A DNA stretch of 36,827 nt from a bacterium (GCA_030615855.1 JAUWYL010000012.1:1-36827); one strand, 5' to 3'. Numbered from the stretch's first letter, positions 1 through 9,053 are shown. A program made the numbers and translations. The notes: generated by a model not told the origin, from the letters alone.

Positions 1-156
1 AGATAAACCGGCTCTTAAAAGATTATTGCCTATGGAATATTTAAATTCTTTTGGTAGTTTTCTATACACCTCAAAGATTTTATCTATAAACTTTAGGGCA
101 AATTGGTAGACCTTTAGCCTTTCAAAATCAAACTGAAAATCCTCATCTTCTCCCAT
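1..156 (-). CDS. Four-helix-bundle protein (23S rRNA IVP / TIGR02436-like), 5' part; runs off the window edge
   Basis: Not in the ORF track. Manual translation from ATG 156: MGEDEDFQFDFERLKVYQFALKFIDKIFEVYRKLPKEFKYSIGNNLLRAGLS, matching the family N-terminal pattern F.xL.VYQ.A...LP..E....L.RA..S; GAGGTG RBS just upstream. Confidence 0.85.
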   Translation of the reverse strand, partial: MGEDEDFQFDFERLKVYQFALKFIDKIFEVYRKLPKEFKYSIGNNLLRAGLS

Positions 157-198
157 AGTGTCACCTCAATTATCAACTGGCTCGTAAATTCTCCAACA

Positions 199-228
199 CT
201 GGTTACTGTTCGCTGGTTACTGGTTACT
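199..228. repeat. Degenerate 7-mer array (CTGGTTA)x4
   Basis: ctggtta ctgttcg ctggtta ctggtta. Confidence 0.85.
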
Positions 229-246
229 TATTCATTGCTATTTGCT

Positions 247-275
247 ATAATATCACACTATTTCTAACGGGGCAA
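247..275 (-). promoter_or_regulatory. Sigma70-type promoter for the four-helix-bundle gene
   Basis: Minus strand TTGCCC-17 nt-TATTAT with TGn extension. Confidence 0.55.
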
Positions 276-283
276 GTTTTTTC

Positions 284-312
284 TTGCAAAAATTTTAGAG
301 AGGAGATATAAT
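284..312 (+). promoter_or_regulatory. Sigma70-type promoter for the PPIase gene
   Basis: TTGCAA(284-289)-17 nt-TATAAT(307-312). Confidence 0.7.
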
Positions 313-318
313 ATTACT

Positions 319-436
319 GTGAACGGTGAACAGTGAACAGCGATCGGTGATCAGTAGACAGAAGTTAACAAGGATACAAGTTAACAAGAAAATACGAGAA
401 TAAGAGAATACGAAAATACGTATCAACTTATTAACT
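319..436. repeat. Stacked arrays: 7-mer GTGAACA x5, 8-mer AAGTTAAC x3, 8-mer ARAATACG x4, then inverted TATYAACT x2
   Basis: Read directly at 319-356, 362-388, 389-420 and 421-436. Confidence 0.8.
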
Positions 437-462
437 ATCCGAATGGAGTGGGGAGGCAAGTT

Positions 463-1860
463 ATGGTAATGCTCAAGATCATGCGCAGAAGGGCAAGAAG
501 GATTCTTTGGATTACCATCATTTTAATTATACCGGCCTTTATCTGGTGGGGCACAGGGGGATTGCGCGAAAGGGAGATAGGCCTGGTCGCTTCGGTAAAC
601 GGGAAGGGGATCACAAGAGAGGTTTATTACAAGGAAGTTGAGAGACTCTACCGGGGGATGCGAGAGAGGATGGGGGATGCATTCGATGAGAGAATGGCGA
701 AGATTCTGAACCTGGAGGAAGCGGCGGTAAACGACTTGGTTAAAAGAGAGCTCCTTCTTCAGGAAGCGAAAAGGGAAAAGATAAGAGTAAGCGATGAAGA
801 ATTACGAGAAAAGTTAAAAAGCTTCCCTGCCTTCCAAAGGGAAGGTAGATTTGACAAAGAGGTTTACTTTAATGTCCTAGAATATCTCAGGATTACTCCC
901 AAAGAATTGGAGGAAGGGATAAGAGAGGATCTCGCAATGGTAAAACTTGAAAATCGGATTCTAGCAGGAGTGAAGGTGAGTGAAGAGGAGATAAGGAATG
1001 AGTATCTGAAGGAAAATGAAGAGATAGAGATTGAATATCTTCTTATAAAACCCGAGAAAGATATAAGGCCTGAGGAAGAAGAGATAGAAGAATACTACCA
1101 GAAGCAGAAAGAGGATTACCGGATACCAGAGAAGATAAGGGTAAGACACATCTTGATTAAGGGAAAAGAGGCCCGCGAAAGAATAAAGGAAGTAAGCAAG
1201 AGATTAAAGAGGGGGGAAGGTTTCGAGAAGCTGGCTAAAGAACTCTCCCAGTGTCCCAGCAAAGAGAAGGGGGGAGATCTGGGCTTCTTTAAGAGGGGGG
1301 ATATGGTAGAAGAGTTTGAGAGAGTGGCTTTTGGATTAAAAGAAGATCAGATATCCCGCCCGGTAAGAAGTAGGTTTGGCTACCACATCATTAAGTTAGA
1401 AGAGAAAAGAGAATCTCATATCCCACCGTTAGAAGAAGTAAGAGAGAGAATAAAAAGAACTTTAAAAGAAGAAAAGAGATGGGAGACGGCCAGAGAAAAT
1501 GCTCAAGAAATAGCCAAGGGAATAGAAAGAGAAGATTTAGAGGTCTTGGCCAAAAGGTCCTCCTTGGAGGTTAGGGGGACTGGTCTTTTCAAGCGTGGGG
1601 GGAGCAATCTGCCCCGGGAGATTGAAGAAGAAGCCTTTGGCCGCAAAGTGGGTGAAGTGAAGGGTCCTCTAAGGGGAAGGGATGGCTATTACATCGTTAA
1701 ACTGGTTAAACGAAAAGAAATAGACGAAGAAAGATTCGGTCAAGAAAAAGAGGCCTTTAGCAGAGACTTCATTCAAAAGAAAAGAGCAATGGTCTATAAT
1801 CAGTGGTATCAGGATCTATATCAAAAAGCCAAAATTAAAATTTATCCTGCAGAAAGGTAA
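463..1860 (+). CDS. SurA N-terminal domain / PpiD-like parvulin peptidyl-prolyl isomerase, membrane anchored
   Basis: N-terminal TM helix, VASVNG SurA-N motif, parvulin motifs VRHILI, FEKLAKELS, GGDLG, FGYHIIK. ATG 463 chosen after GGGAGG (track start 448). Confidence 0.9.
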   Translation: MVMLKIMRRRARRILWITIILIIPAFIWWGTGGLREREIGLVASVNGKGITREVYYKEVERLYRGMRERMGDAFDERMAKILNLEEAAVNDLVKRELLLQEAKREKIRVSDEELREKLKSFPAFQREGRFDKEVYFNVLEYLRITPKELEEGIREDLAMVKLENRILAGVKVSEEEIRNEYLKENEEIEIEYLLIKPEKDIRPEEEEIEEYYQKQKEDYRIPEKIRVRHILIKGKEARERIKEVSKRLKRGEGFEKLAKELSQCPSKEKGGDLGFFKRGDMVEEFERVAFGLKEDQISRPVRSRFGYHIIKLEEKRESHIPPLEEVRERIKRTLKEEKRWETARENAQEIAKGIEREDLEVLAKRSSLEVRGTGLFKRGGSNLPREIEEEAFGRKVGEVKGPLRGRDGYYIVKLVKRKEIDEERFGQEKEAFSRDFIQKKRAMVYNQWYQDLYQKAKIKIYPAER

Positions 1861-1864
1861 GGGG

Positions 1865-2842
1865 TTAAATATTAGAGTCAATTTGCAATCTTCCTTTTAG
1901 GTTGGAGGAGAGAAGGATCTTTCCTTGAGAATCGATGATTATCCCTTCCACACCTTCCAAGGACTCTATTAACTTCATCCCTTTCTCGGGACCTAAGATA
2001 AAGATCCCAGTGGCTAAAATATCTGCTTGAGTAGCCCGAGGGGCAAAGATGGTTACACTCATACATCTCTGGGCAGGATGACCAGTCTTGGGATTGATAA
2101 TGTGATGGTATCTTTTATTCTCTTTCACAAAGTATCTCTGGTAATCACCAGAGGTAGCGATTGCCTGATCTTTTAACTTGATTATTATTAAAACTTCGCC
2201 CTCTTTCCTGGGATGTTGCAGGCCGACCCTCCAATTCCTTTCTCCCATTACCCTGATATCTCCGCCGACATTGATCAAGGCCTCTTTAATTTCCCTTTCC
2301 TTTAAAACTCTTACGGCACAATCTAGGGCATAGCCTTTCGCTATCCCTCCTAAATCCAGAGCCATCCCTTCTCTCTTAAATTCAACTGTCTGATTTCTTT
2401 TATCCAAAACGATATTTTTGTAATTCACCAGTGACAATCTCTCCTCTATCTCTTTTACTTTAGGGATTTCCTTTAACTTTCCTTTTTCTCCCCATAAAAC
2501 ACTCAAGGGACGAATGCTTACGTCAAAGGCCCCGGAGGTAAGAACACTATATTCCACGGATACCTCTAAAATTTCAAAGATTTTTTTATCAATCTGAACT
2601 GCTTCCTTACCGGCCAATCTGTTAACTCGGGAGATTTCACTTTCTGGATCATGGACATTCATCAATTTCTCAATTCTTCTCATTTCATCAAAGGCTGCGG
2701 CAAAATCCTCCTCACTTCCTTGAGGTAGGATGACCTCCACCTCAGTATCCATTAAGAATTCTTTTTTAGTGGGAAATCTCTGGGTGCAGCCGTTGATCAA
2801 AAGAATAACTAGCAAAATAAAAAAGAGAAGTTTTCTAATCAT
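1865..2842 (-). CDS. apbE: FAD:protein FMN transferase (lipoprotein)
   Basis: Lipobox LINGC; DLGGIAKGY, GGDIR, ATSGDYQRY, YHHIINPKTG motifs. Confidence 0.95.
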   Translation of the reverse strand: MIRKLLFFILLVILLINGCTQRFPTKKEFLMDTEVEVILPQGSEEDFAAAFDEMRRIEKLMNVHDPESEISRVNRLAGKEAVQIDKKIFEILEVSVEYSVLTSGAFDVSIRPLSVLWGEKGKLKEIPKVKEIEERLSLVNYKNIVLDKRNQTVEFKREGMALDLGGIAKGYALDCAVRVLKEREIKEALINVGGDIRVMGERNWRVGLQHPRKEGEVLIIIKLKDQAIATSGDYQRYFVKENKRYHHIINPKTGHPAQRCMSVTIFAPRATQADILATGIFILGPEKGMKLIESLEGVEGIIIDSQGKILLSSNLKGRLQIDSNI

Positions 2843-3393
2843 TGTCTAATCTTCTTCTCACATTCTGGACAGAACCAGGAGTCCTTTACATCTGTATCAA
2901 TTAAGGAGTTGGAGAAGTGCATGACGCATTTTGGATTGGAACAATGTTCCAGGCCAAAGGTATGGCCCAGTTCATGAACCGCCTCCTTTAAGGTTCTTTC
3001 TCTAAGTAGTCTCTCGTTTGGCCTTCTTCTCCAGAACTCTTCTCTCAATCGGACCAGAGAGATCAGGGCAGTCCTTCCTCCCATCTGGGCCTGACCGAAA
3101 ATAAAGTTGAGATTGGGAACATAGAGGTCTAATTCTGTCACCCCCAATACCCAATAGGCCCGCCTTCGCTCTTCGAGCTTCGGTGGGCGGGAAAGATTAT
3201 CTAAAATGGGTGAGGAATGGTACTGTCTCCGCCTTCGATTATAAGCATAATCTGGTTTAGGAAGTGACTCTCCAATCACGACCTCTAAATGGAACTTTTC
3301 TTTTAGGGAAGATTTCAATTCCTCCAATATCTTCCCATCCACTTCTCCAATGGGGATGAGATAGATCTTCTCCATTTGTTTCTGCCCCATCAA
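2839..3393 (-). CDS. Archaemetzincin family Zn metalloprotease
   Basis: HELGHTFGLEHC zinc motif, CVMHFSNS and FCPEC cysteines; true start may be ATG 3375 or 3390. Confidence 0.92.
   Translation of the reverse strand: MMGQKQMEKIYLIPIGEVDGKILEELKSSLKEKFHLEVVIGESLPKPDYAYNRRRRQYHSSPILDNLSRPPKLEERRRAYWVLGVTELDLYVPNLNFIFGQAQMGGRTALISLVRLREEFWRRRPNERLLRERTLKEAVHELGHTFGLEHCSNPKCVMHFSNSLIDTDVKDSWFCPECEKKIRQ
3159..3191. repeat. 33-bp REP-like palindrome inside the archaemetzincin CDS
   Basis: cccgcc ttcgctcttcgagcttcggtg ggcggg. Confidence 0.65.
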
Positions 3394-3439
3394 AAATAAG
3401 AACCTGCCTTCGGCAGAACCTTGTTTTTTCTAACCATTC

Positions 3440-3469
3440 AACTCCCTAACTTACCTAACTCACCTAACC
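3440..3469. repeat. 9-mer array (AACTYACCT)x3
   Basis: 3447-3468 is the exact reverse complement of 36114-36135. Confidence 0.8.
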
Positions 3470-3471
3470 TC

Positions 3472-4455
3472 CTAATAGACAACATTAATCTCTTCCCCGC
3501 AATACTGGCACTTTTTCTCTTTTAAATGTATCTTGGAGATAGAGTATCCATCGCGGACGATTAAGGCCTTCTTGCACTTTGGGCAATAGGTGGTATTGGC
3601 GCTGGGGTCTAAGATATTCCCGATATAGACATGTTTTAATCTCTTCTGGGCTAGTTCCCTCGCTTTCTCTAAGGTAGTTACTGGGGGGGGTGGAATATTC
3701 AACTTATAGGCAGGAAAATATCTTGAGAAATGTAAAGGGGTATCATCCCCTAACTTATCCGCTATCCAATTAATCAATTTTTCAAAGTCCTCATCTGAAT
3801 CATTCAGGGTAGGGATGATAAGGTTGGTGATCTCCACATGGCAGGACTTCCTCGCTCTCTCTGCCGTCTTTAGAATAGGGGCCAAGGTGGCCTTACAATA
3901 TTCTTTATAGAAGGATTCCTTCATGGACTTGACATCGATATTCATGGCGTCAATAAATGGAAGAAGTTCCTCAAAGGGCTCGGGATTAATGTAGCCGTTA
4001 GTGACCAAAACATTGGCCAGTCCCTTTTCCTTAGCTAACTTCGCTGTTTCTAAGAGATACTCATACCAGATCAAGGGCTCGGTATAGGTATAGGCAATCC
4101 CCACAGAATCCTTCTTTAGGGCAAGTTCCACCATCTCTTTGGAAGTGATATGCTGGGTAGGGGTCTCCTCCTGGGATATGGTCCAGTTCTGGCAATAGAG
4201 GCAAGCAAAGTTGCAGCCATTAGGTGCGCAGGAAAGAATGAGAGAGCCAGGATGAAAGTGATATAAGGGCTTCTTCTCTATAGGGTCAACAGCAATTGAG
4301 ACACACTCCTCATAAGTCAGGGCGATTAATTTTCCATCTATGTTCTTCCGTCCCCGACAGAATCCCCTCTTTCCCGGAGCAATGACACACTCCTTGGGAC
4401 ATAAAAGACACTTTATCTTATCGTCTATTCTTTGGTAATATAATGCTTCCTTCAT
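3472..4455 (-). CDS. amrS: AmmeMemoRadiSam system radical SAM enzyme
   Basis: CLLCPKEC..G.CRGR, DPIEKKPLYHF, CNFACLYCQNW radical SAM motif, C-terminal CPKC/CQYC. Confidence 0.95.
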   Translation of the reverse strand: MKEALYYQRIDDKIKCLLCPKECVIAPGKRGFCRGRKNIDGKLIALTYEECVSIAVDPIEKKPLYHFHPGSLILSCAPNGCNFACLYCQNWTISQEETPTQHITSKEMVELALKKDSVGIAYTYTEPLIWYEYLLETAKLAKEKGLANVLVTNGYINPEPFEELLPFIDAMNIDVKSMKESFYKEYCKATLAPILKTAERARKSCHVEITNLIIPTLNDSDEDFEKLINWIADKLGDDTPLHFSRYFPAYKLNIPPPPVTTLEKARELAQKRLKHVYIGNILDPSANTTYCPKCKKALIVRDGYSISKIHLKEKKCQYCGEEINVVY

Positions 4456-4480
4456 CTTGCTTCCCCGCTTAAAGAATAGA

Positions 4481-4556
4481 GGTTAACAGTTTACCCGCTC
4501 CCCCGATTCATCGGGGTCGCTGTTTACCGTTAGCCGTTAACCGTAAACCGTAAACC
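4481..4556. repeat. 7-mer CCGTWAA array with palindrome CCCCGATTCATCGGGG (4501-4516)
   Basis: Read directly; same unit at 6110-6153, near-identical palindrome at 34319-34334. Confidence 0.8.
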
Positions 4557-4575
4557 CTATCATTCTAGTTGCTGG

Positions 4576-5394
4576 TTACTTGATGAGTGCTCCGCCGTAG
4601 CCTACCACCTGGCGATAATCGCCGATGACATCTCCACTGGTCATATACTTCACTAACTCGCCCTTTGTGGCACCCAACTCTTTACTTGCCATAAGCATAA
4701 TGGTTGTAGGAATAACGCCACACATCGATATTCTGAGTTCCTCTACCTTGTTAATCAACTCCTCTGGATCCAATTTTATTACCGCATCCAAAGCAATTTT
4801 ATCCTTCCTATTCGCTTCCTCTTGTGGTTCATAATGGGTGAGATCGGAACTGGCCACAATGACTACCTTCTTCTTCCCTTCCTTTATTGCTTTGGCAATT
4901 GCTTTTCCAATATCCTGGCAGGCCTCTAAATCTAAATGGCTCAAACAGATGGGAACAAATCTAAACTTATTTGCGTTAATTCGCGTCTCCAGGTACTGCA
5001 AGAAAGGCAATTGAACCTCTATGGAATGCTCGTAGGAATGGGCCCTCTCATCCTCTTTCAGACCCTTAGAATTGGCCAATATCTTTCCCGCCAAGTCAGA
5101 ATCAATCTCTACCTCTCCTAAAGGGGTCTGCCACTTCCCTTTTGTTATAATAGCGGAGGGGTGTCCTGCTCCAGTATGATTGGGACCAATGATGACAAAG
5201 GTATCAGGAAAAATTATGCGGGAATAGACGGCTCCTGCCACTTCTCCAGAGAACATGAATCCCGCATGGGGAGCCAAAACCCCGATCACCTCTTCCTTCC
5301 TCACCTTCTCATCGATATACTTTCTTACTTGTTCCCTCAAACTCTCCGCTGTTCCATTATAGAACTGCCCAGCAACAACCGCTCTTCTTACCAT
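4576..5394 (-). CDS. amrB: AmmeMemoRadiSam system protein B (MEMO1 family)
   Basis: RRAVVAGQFY, APHAG, GPNHTG, EHSIEVQLPFLQ, SSDLTHY, MCG, VVGY motifs; ATG 5394 follows AAAGGAGG. Confidence 0.95.
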   Translation of the reverse strand: MVRRAVVAGQFYNGTAESLREQVRKYIDEKVRKEEVIGVLAPHAGFMFSGEVAGAVYSRIIFPDTFVIIGPNHTGAGHPSAIITKGKWQTPLGEVEIDSDLAGKILANSKGLKEDERAHSYEHSIEVQLPFLQYLETRINANKFRFVPICLSHLDLEACQDIGKAIAKAIKEGKKKVVIVASSDLTHYEPQEEANRKDKIALDAVIKLDPEELINKVEELRISMCGVIPTTIMLMASKELGATKGELVKYMTSGDVIGDYRQVVGYGGALIK

Positions 5395-5425
5395 TCTCTT
5401 TCCCTCCTTTGCAACCGCAAAAACG

Positions 5426-5530
5426 CCTGTCCGCCGCACATAGCGTGCTATGGAAGGCGGGCAGAATTCAACTTAAAGACACAAAATGAAAATTTTTTGT
5501 GTCTTTGTTTCTCCTTTTGTGCTTCTGTGG
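5426..5530. repeat. REP-like palindrome (5426-5464) plus inverted ACACAAAA/TTTTGTGT element (5475-5530)
   Basis: cctgtccgcc...ggcgggcag, related to 36180-36215; aaagacacaaaa...ttttgtgtcttt. Confidence 0.75.
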
Positions 5531-6082
5531 TCACCATTTCTTGATCTTTATTTTGCTGGGAAAGGTGAAGTATTCTCCACCGAGATGGTGGATAGTCTTG
5601 GCCTCCTCTTTTTCTACCAGCCACCTATCGGTGAAGGTTCCTTCCTCTGCCCAGGCATAGACGATATCCGCCAAGAAGAGATCAAAGTCTTTAGTTACTC
5701 TTGATTTAATGAGTTTGCATTCCAGGTGGCCAATGCATTCTTTTATGAGTGGCGCCTTTACCTTTTTTCCTGGGATGGAAGTTAGTTTAAATTTTTTAAA
5801 TTTATCTATCTTTCTCCCTGAAACGGTTCCACATTGGACGGTCTTCTCCAATAATTTTTTGGATGGGATATTTATTACAAATTCACCTGTCTTGGTAATA
5901 CACTCATAGGAGTAGTTATCGCTACCAATTACTAAAGCTACCTTGGGAGGAGCATAGTCCAAGGGCATATTCCAGGCAACGGTCTGGACATTTGCTCGGC
6001 CCTTATAAAAGGAGGTTATCAATACTGTCGGCCCATGGTTCAAAAGCCTACTGGCCTTATTCAAAGGAACTCTTACTTTCAT
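5531..6082 (-). CDS. Flavin reductase family protein
   Basis: RLLNHGPTVLITS, GEFVINIP, GTVSGR..DKF, APLIKEC..HLEC, HHLGG; ATG 6082 after GGAGGT (the track extension is repeat-derived). Confidence 0.9.
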   Translation of the reverse strand: MKVRVPLNKASRLLNHGPTVLITSFYKGRANVQTVAWNMPLDYAPPKVALVIGSDNYSYECITKTGEFVINIPSKKLLEKTVQCGTVSGRKIDKFKKFKLTSIPGKKVKAPLIKECIGHLECKLIKSRVTKDFDLFLADIVYAWAEEGTFTDRWLVEKEEAKTIHHLGGEYFTFPSKIKIKKW

Positions 6083-6109
6083 GGAAATACCTCCCCATGT
6101 TTTAAGTGG

Positions 6110-6153
6110 TCGTTTACCGTTAACCGTACACCGTAAACCGTCAACCGTTAACC
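6110..6153. repeat. 7-mer array (CCGTTAA-like)x6 overlapping the rnfB stop
   Basis: cgttta ccgttaa ccgtaca ccgtaaa ccgtcaa ccgttaa cc. Confidence 0.85.
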
Positions 6154-6947
6154 ATTTCAATGGCGTGAGTGGGGCATTTCTCGACACAGGCCCCACACTC
6201 TGTGCACTTCCCGTAATCGATATGGGCTAAGTTGTCCTTTAGGGTTATCGCTTTCTCTGGACAAACCTTGACACATATTCCACATCCTATACAGCCTTCC
6301 TTGCATATCTTCCTTACTATGGCTCCCTTATCCTTAGAGTTACAGAGAACGTGGACCCCCTTCTCTTCAGGAACTAAGGCAATCACTCCTTTAGGGCAGA
6401 TGGAGACGCACTTGCCACATCCAGTGCATCTCTCTTCGTTTATTTCAATTTTCCCTTTAATTAGAGTGATGGCCCCGAAGGGGCAGGCAAGAATACAGTC
6501 TCCCAATCCCAGACAGCTATAGAGACAGGCCTTATTCCCACCAAACAAGAGAGCCGCTGCCCGACAGCTTTCCAAGCCCCGATAGTCAAACTGAGTCTGG
6601 GAAGCTCCTCTATGATAACAAAGAATCTTGGCGATTCTCTTCTCTCTGACCTCTACCTCTACTCCCAGGATAGAAGCAACTTGATTGGCTACCCCTTCCC
6701 CACCAGGGATGCAGCCATTGGCCTGGGCCCTTTCCTCAATGAGTGCCTTGGCAAAGCCGCTACACCCCGCAAAACCACAGGCTCCGCAGTTTGCTCCAGG
6801 TAGAATCTCCAGTATGGCCTCTACCTTGGGATCTATCTTTGAGACAAGTTTCTTGGAGGCATAGGCCAGTCCACTCCCGGCTAATAGGCCCAAGCCACCC
6901 AACACAATTATAGAAAGAGTTATAGGATTAAGCACCAAATACTCCAT
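6141..6947 (-). CDS. rnfB: Rnf complex subunit B (polyferredoxin)
   Basis: N-terminal TM, LPGANCGACGFAGC, several CxxCxxCxxxCP motifs, operon position. Confidence 0.93.
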   Translation of the reverse strand: MEYLVLNPITLSIIVLGGLGLLAGSGLAYASKKLVSKIDPKVEAILEILPGANCGACGFAGCSGFAKALIEERAQANGCIPGGEGVANQVASILGVEVEVREKRIAKILCYHRGASQTQFDYRGLESCRAAALLFGGNKACLYSCLGLGDCILACPFGAITLIKGKIEINEERCTGCGKCVSICPKGVIALVPEEKGVHVLCNSKDKGAIVRKICKEGCIGCGICVKVCPEKAITLKDNLAHIDYGKCTECGACVEKCPTHAIEMVNG

Positions 6948-6956
6948 GAATAGGAA

Positions 6957-7057
6957 GGTTAATATCGGTTAAAAACTGTTAATAATGGTTAAAATCGGTT
7001 ACATTAAAAAGCAACTGATATTAACCGCTATTAACTACTGTTAACTGTTATTAACTA
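6957..7057. repeat. Inverted pair of 10-mer arrays (GGTTAAWAWC x5 / TTAACYNNTR x4)
   Basis: Exact 10-nt periodicity on both arms; arms are approximate reverse complements. Confidence 0.85.
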
Positions 7058-7063
7058 ATCTGT

Positions 7064-7645
7064 TTAAAGTTTTACTAAACCACTGAAGCCCATGAAGGCT
7101 AAGGAGAGAAGTCCAGCCGTGATAAGGGTGATGGCTGCTCCCTGTAGGGCTACTGGGACATCAGCTAATTCCAGCCTTTCTCTTATCCCAGCCATGATGA
7201 GGAGAGCTAGGGCAAAGCCAATCCCCGCTCCCAGGCCAAAGAAAATGGCCTGAATGGCATTATGTCCTTTGATGACATTCAATAGAGCGAGACCTAAGAT
7301 GGCACAATTGGTAGTAATCAACGGGAGGTAGATTCCTAAAGCGCGATATAGGGCAGGGCTAATCTTTTCTAAGACAATCTCGACCAGCTGGACCAAGGAG
7401 GCGATGACCAGAATGAAGGTGATGATATGTAAGAATAAGAGGTTCAAGGGAACTAAAACAAGATTATATATGAGGTTGGTCACTAAAGAAGCTAAGGTCA
7501 TGACGAAGATCACCGCCATGCCCATCCCCAGTGCGGTCTCTACCCTTCTGGAAACGCCTAAAAAAGGACAGATGCCCAAGAATCTTGTTAAGACAAAGTT
7601 ATTTACTAAGATGGCACTTAAGAAGATTACGAATAAATGAAGCAT
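7064..7645 (-). CDS. rnfA: Rnf complex subunit A
   Basis: [31 protein letters not shown]. Confidence 0.96.
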   Translation of the reverse strand: MLHLFVIFLSAILVNNFVLTRFLGICPFLGVSRRVETALGMGMAVIFVMTLASLVTNLIYNLVLVPLNLLFLHIITFILVIASLVQLVEIVLEKISPALYRALGIYLPLITTNCAILGLALLNVIKGHNAIQAIFFGLGAGIGFALALLIMAGIRERLELADVPVALQGAAITLITAGLLSLAFMGFSGLVKL

Positions 7646-8232
7646 TACACTCTCCGTAGTCTATTCATTAGTCCCAATAGAAGGCCTAAAACGATGAATG
7701 CTCCCGGAGGAAGGAGCATAACTATAAAGAGAGGATAGCCTTCTCCTAAGAGAGCAAATCCAAAGACGGTTCCACTTCCCAGTATTTCCCTTATACTACC
7801 CAGAACGATTAAAGAGATGGTGAAGCCCAGCCCCATTCCCAAACCATCAATGAGAGAACGAAGGAGGGGATTCTTTGAGGCGTAAGCCTCTGCCCTTCCC
7901 AAGATGATGCAGTTAACAACAATGAGCGGTATGAAGAGGCCGAGCACCTTATGCAGTTCGTAGAAGAAGCCGGCCATGAGCATATCGATGATGGTAACGA
8001 AGGAGGCAATGATGACGATGAAGGCCGGAATCCTCACCCGAGGAGGAATGAATCTCCGTAACAAAGAAATAGTACAATTTGAGCCAACTAAGACTACGGT
8101 AGTGGCCAGCCCCATAGCCACCCCATTTATAGCAGCAGTAGTCACAGCTAAGGTGGGACACATTCCGAGAAGTAGTCTGAATATTGGATTCTCGGTAACG
8201 AATCCCTTGGTAAACTCTTTCCTCAAACCCAC
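7645..8232 (-). CDS. rnfE: Rnf complex subunit E
   Basis: ENP...[27 protein letters not shown]. Confidence 0.96.
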   Translation of the reverse strand: MGLRKEFTKGFVTENPIFRLLLGMCPTLAVTTAAINGVAMGLATTVVLVGSNCTISLLRRFIPPRVRIPAFIVIIASFVTIIDMLMAGFFYELHKVLGLFIPLIVVNCIILGRAEAYASKNPLLRSLIDGLGMGLGFTISLIVLGSIREILGSGTVFGFALLGEGYPLFIVMLLPPGAFIVLGLLLGLMNRLRRV

Positions 8233-8248
8233 TCTAATTCTCCATAAA

Positions 8249-8468
8249 GGTTACATCTGACGGTTACGGCAACGAGGCCCGTATCGGTAACATTGCAGGG
8301 TTACGTTGAAAAAATCAAATGTTAAAAATTAAATATTAAAATCACAGATTAAAATCCAAAATTTTACATTTTATATTGTCATTTTGATTTTTGCATTTTG
8401 ATTTTTGATATTGCGCTATATCATTTGATATGGGCATCATAATCCTAACCGAACGACGATAAACCAAC
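8249..8468. repeat. Nested element: outer GGTTAC units, inner inverted 7-mer AAAATCA/TGATTTT arrays (8309-8410)
   Basis: ggttac at 8249, 8262 and 8299, ggtaac at 8286, taacc remnants near 8446-8466; inner arms read directly. Confidence 0.7.
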
Positions 8469-8474
8469 TTTTGT

Positions 8475-9053
8475 TTACTGTCCAATCAGAATCTGTTCTT
8501 TGTATTTCAGGAAAACTTTTAGTCCCTTATCCACCGCCTCTACTATTCCCCGGGAAGAGATGGTGGCACCAGTCAAAGCATCGATGTCCCCCTTATCCTT
8601 CTTGACCGCTAATCTTCCATCAACCAATTTAGAATTGGCTAAGGACTTTTCTTTGAACTGGTTCTTAAATTCCTCCTTCTCAATATTTGCTCCCAGGCCG
8701 GGGGTTTCCATATGCTCCAAAATCTCTATGCCAGTAATAGAATCATCTTCTGGGTTCACTCCCATCATAATGGTGATGAAGCCACTATATCCTTCCCCTT
8801 TTGAGGAGAAGGCAACTCCAGTAATTTCTCCCTCCTTTTTCCCTAAATAAAAGGTTATTCCTTCAATCTCCTTTTTATCCTTTAAGGGATCGTTATCGAA
8901 GGGAGGGAGGACAGATTTGATGGCCTTCAAATGGGCTAATCTCTTCTGCTCTAAGCGAGGCTCCTTTGTGAGTCTATCCACTCCTGCCAGGGCCAAAGCA
9001 GCAATGAGGCAGACCAGAGTTAAAACAATAACCAACCTCAGTGACTCTCTCAT
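8475..9053 (-). CDS. rnfG: Rnf complex subunit G
   Basis: ETPGLGA and FMN-attachment motif DALTGATISS; ATG 9053 after GAGGT (track start 9068). Confidence 0.95.
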   Translation of the reverse strand: MRESLRLVIVLTLVCLIAALALAGVDRLTKEPRLEQKRLAHLKAIKSVLPPFDNDPLKDKKEIEGITFYLGKKEGEITGVAFSSKGEGYSGFITIMMGVNPEDDSITGIEILEHMETPGLGANIEKEEFKNQFKEKSLANSKLVDGRLAVKKDKGDIDALTGATISSRGIVEAVDKGLKVFLKYKEQILIGQ

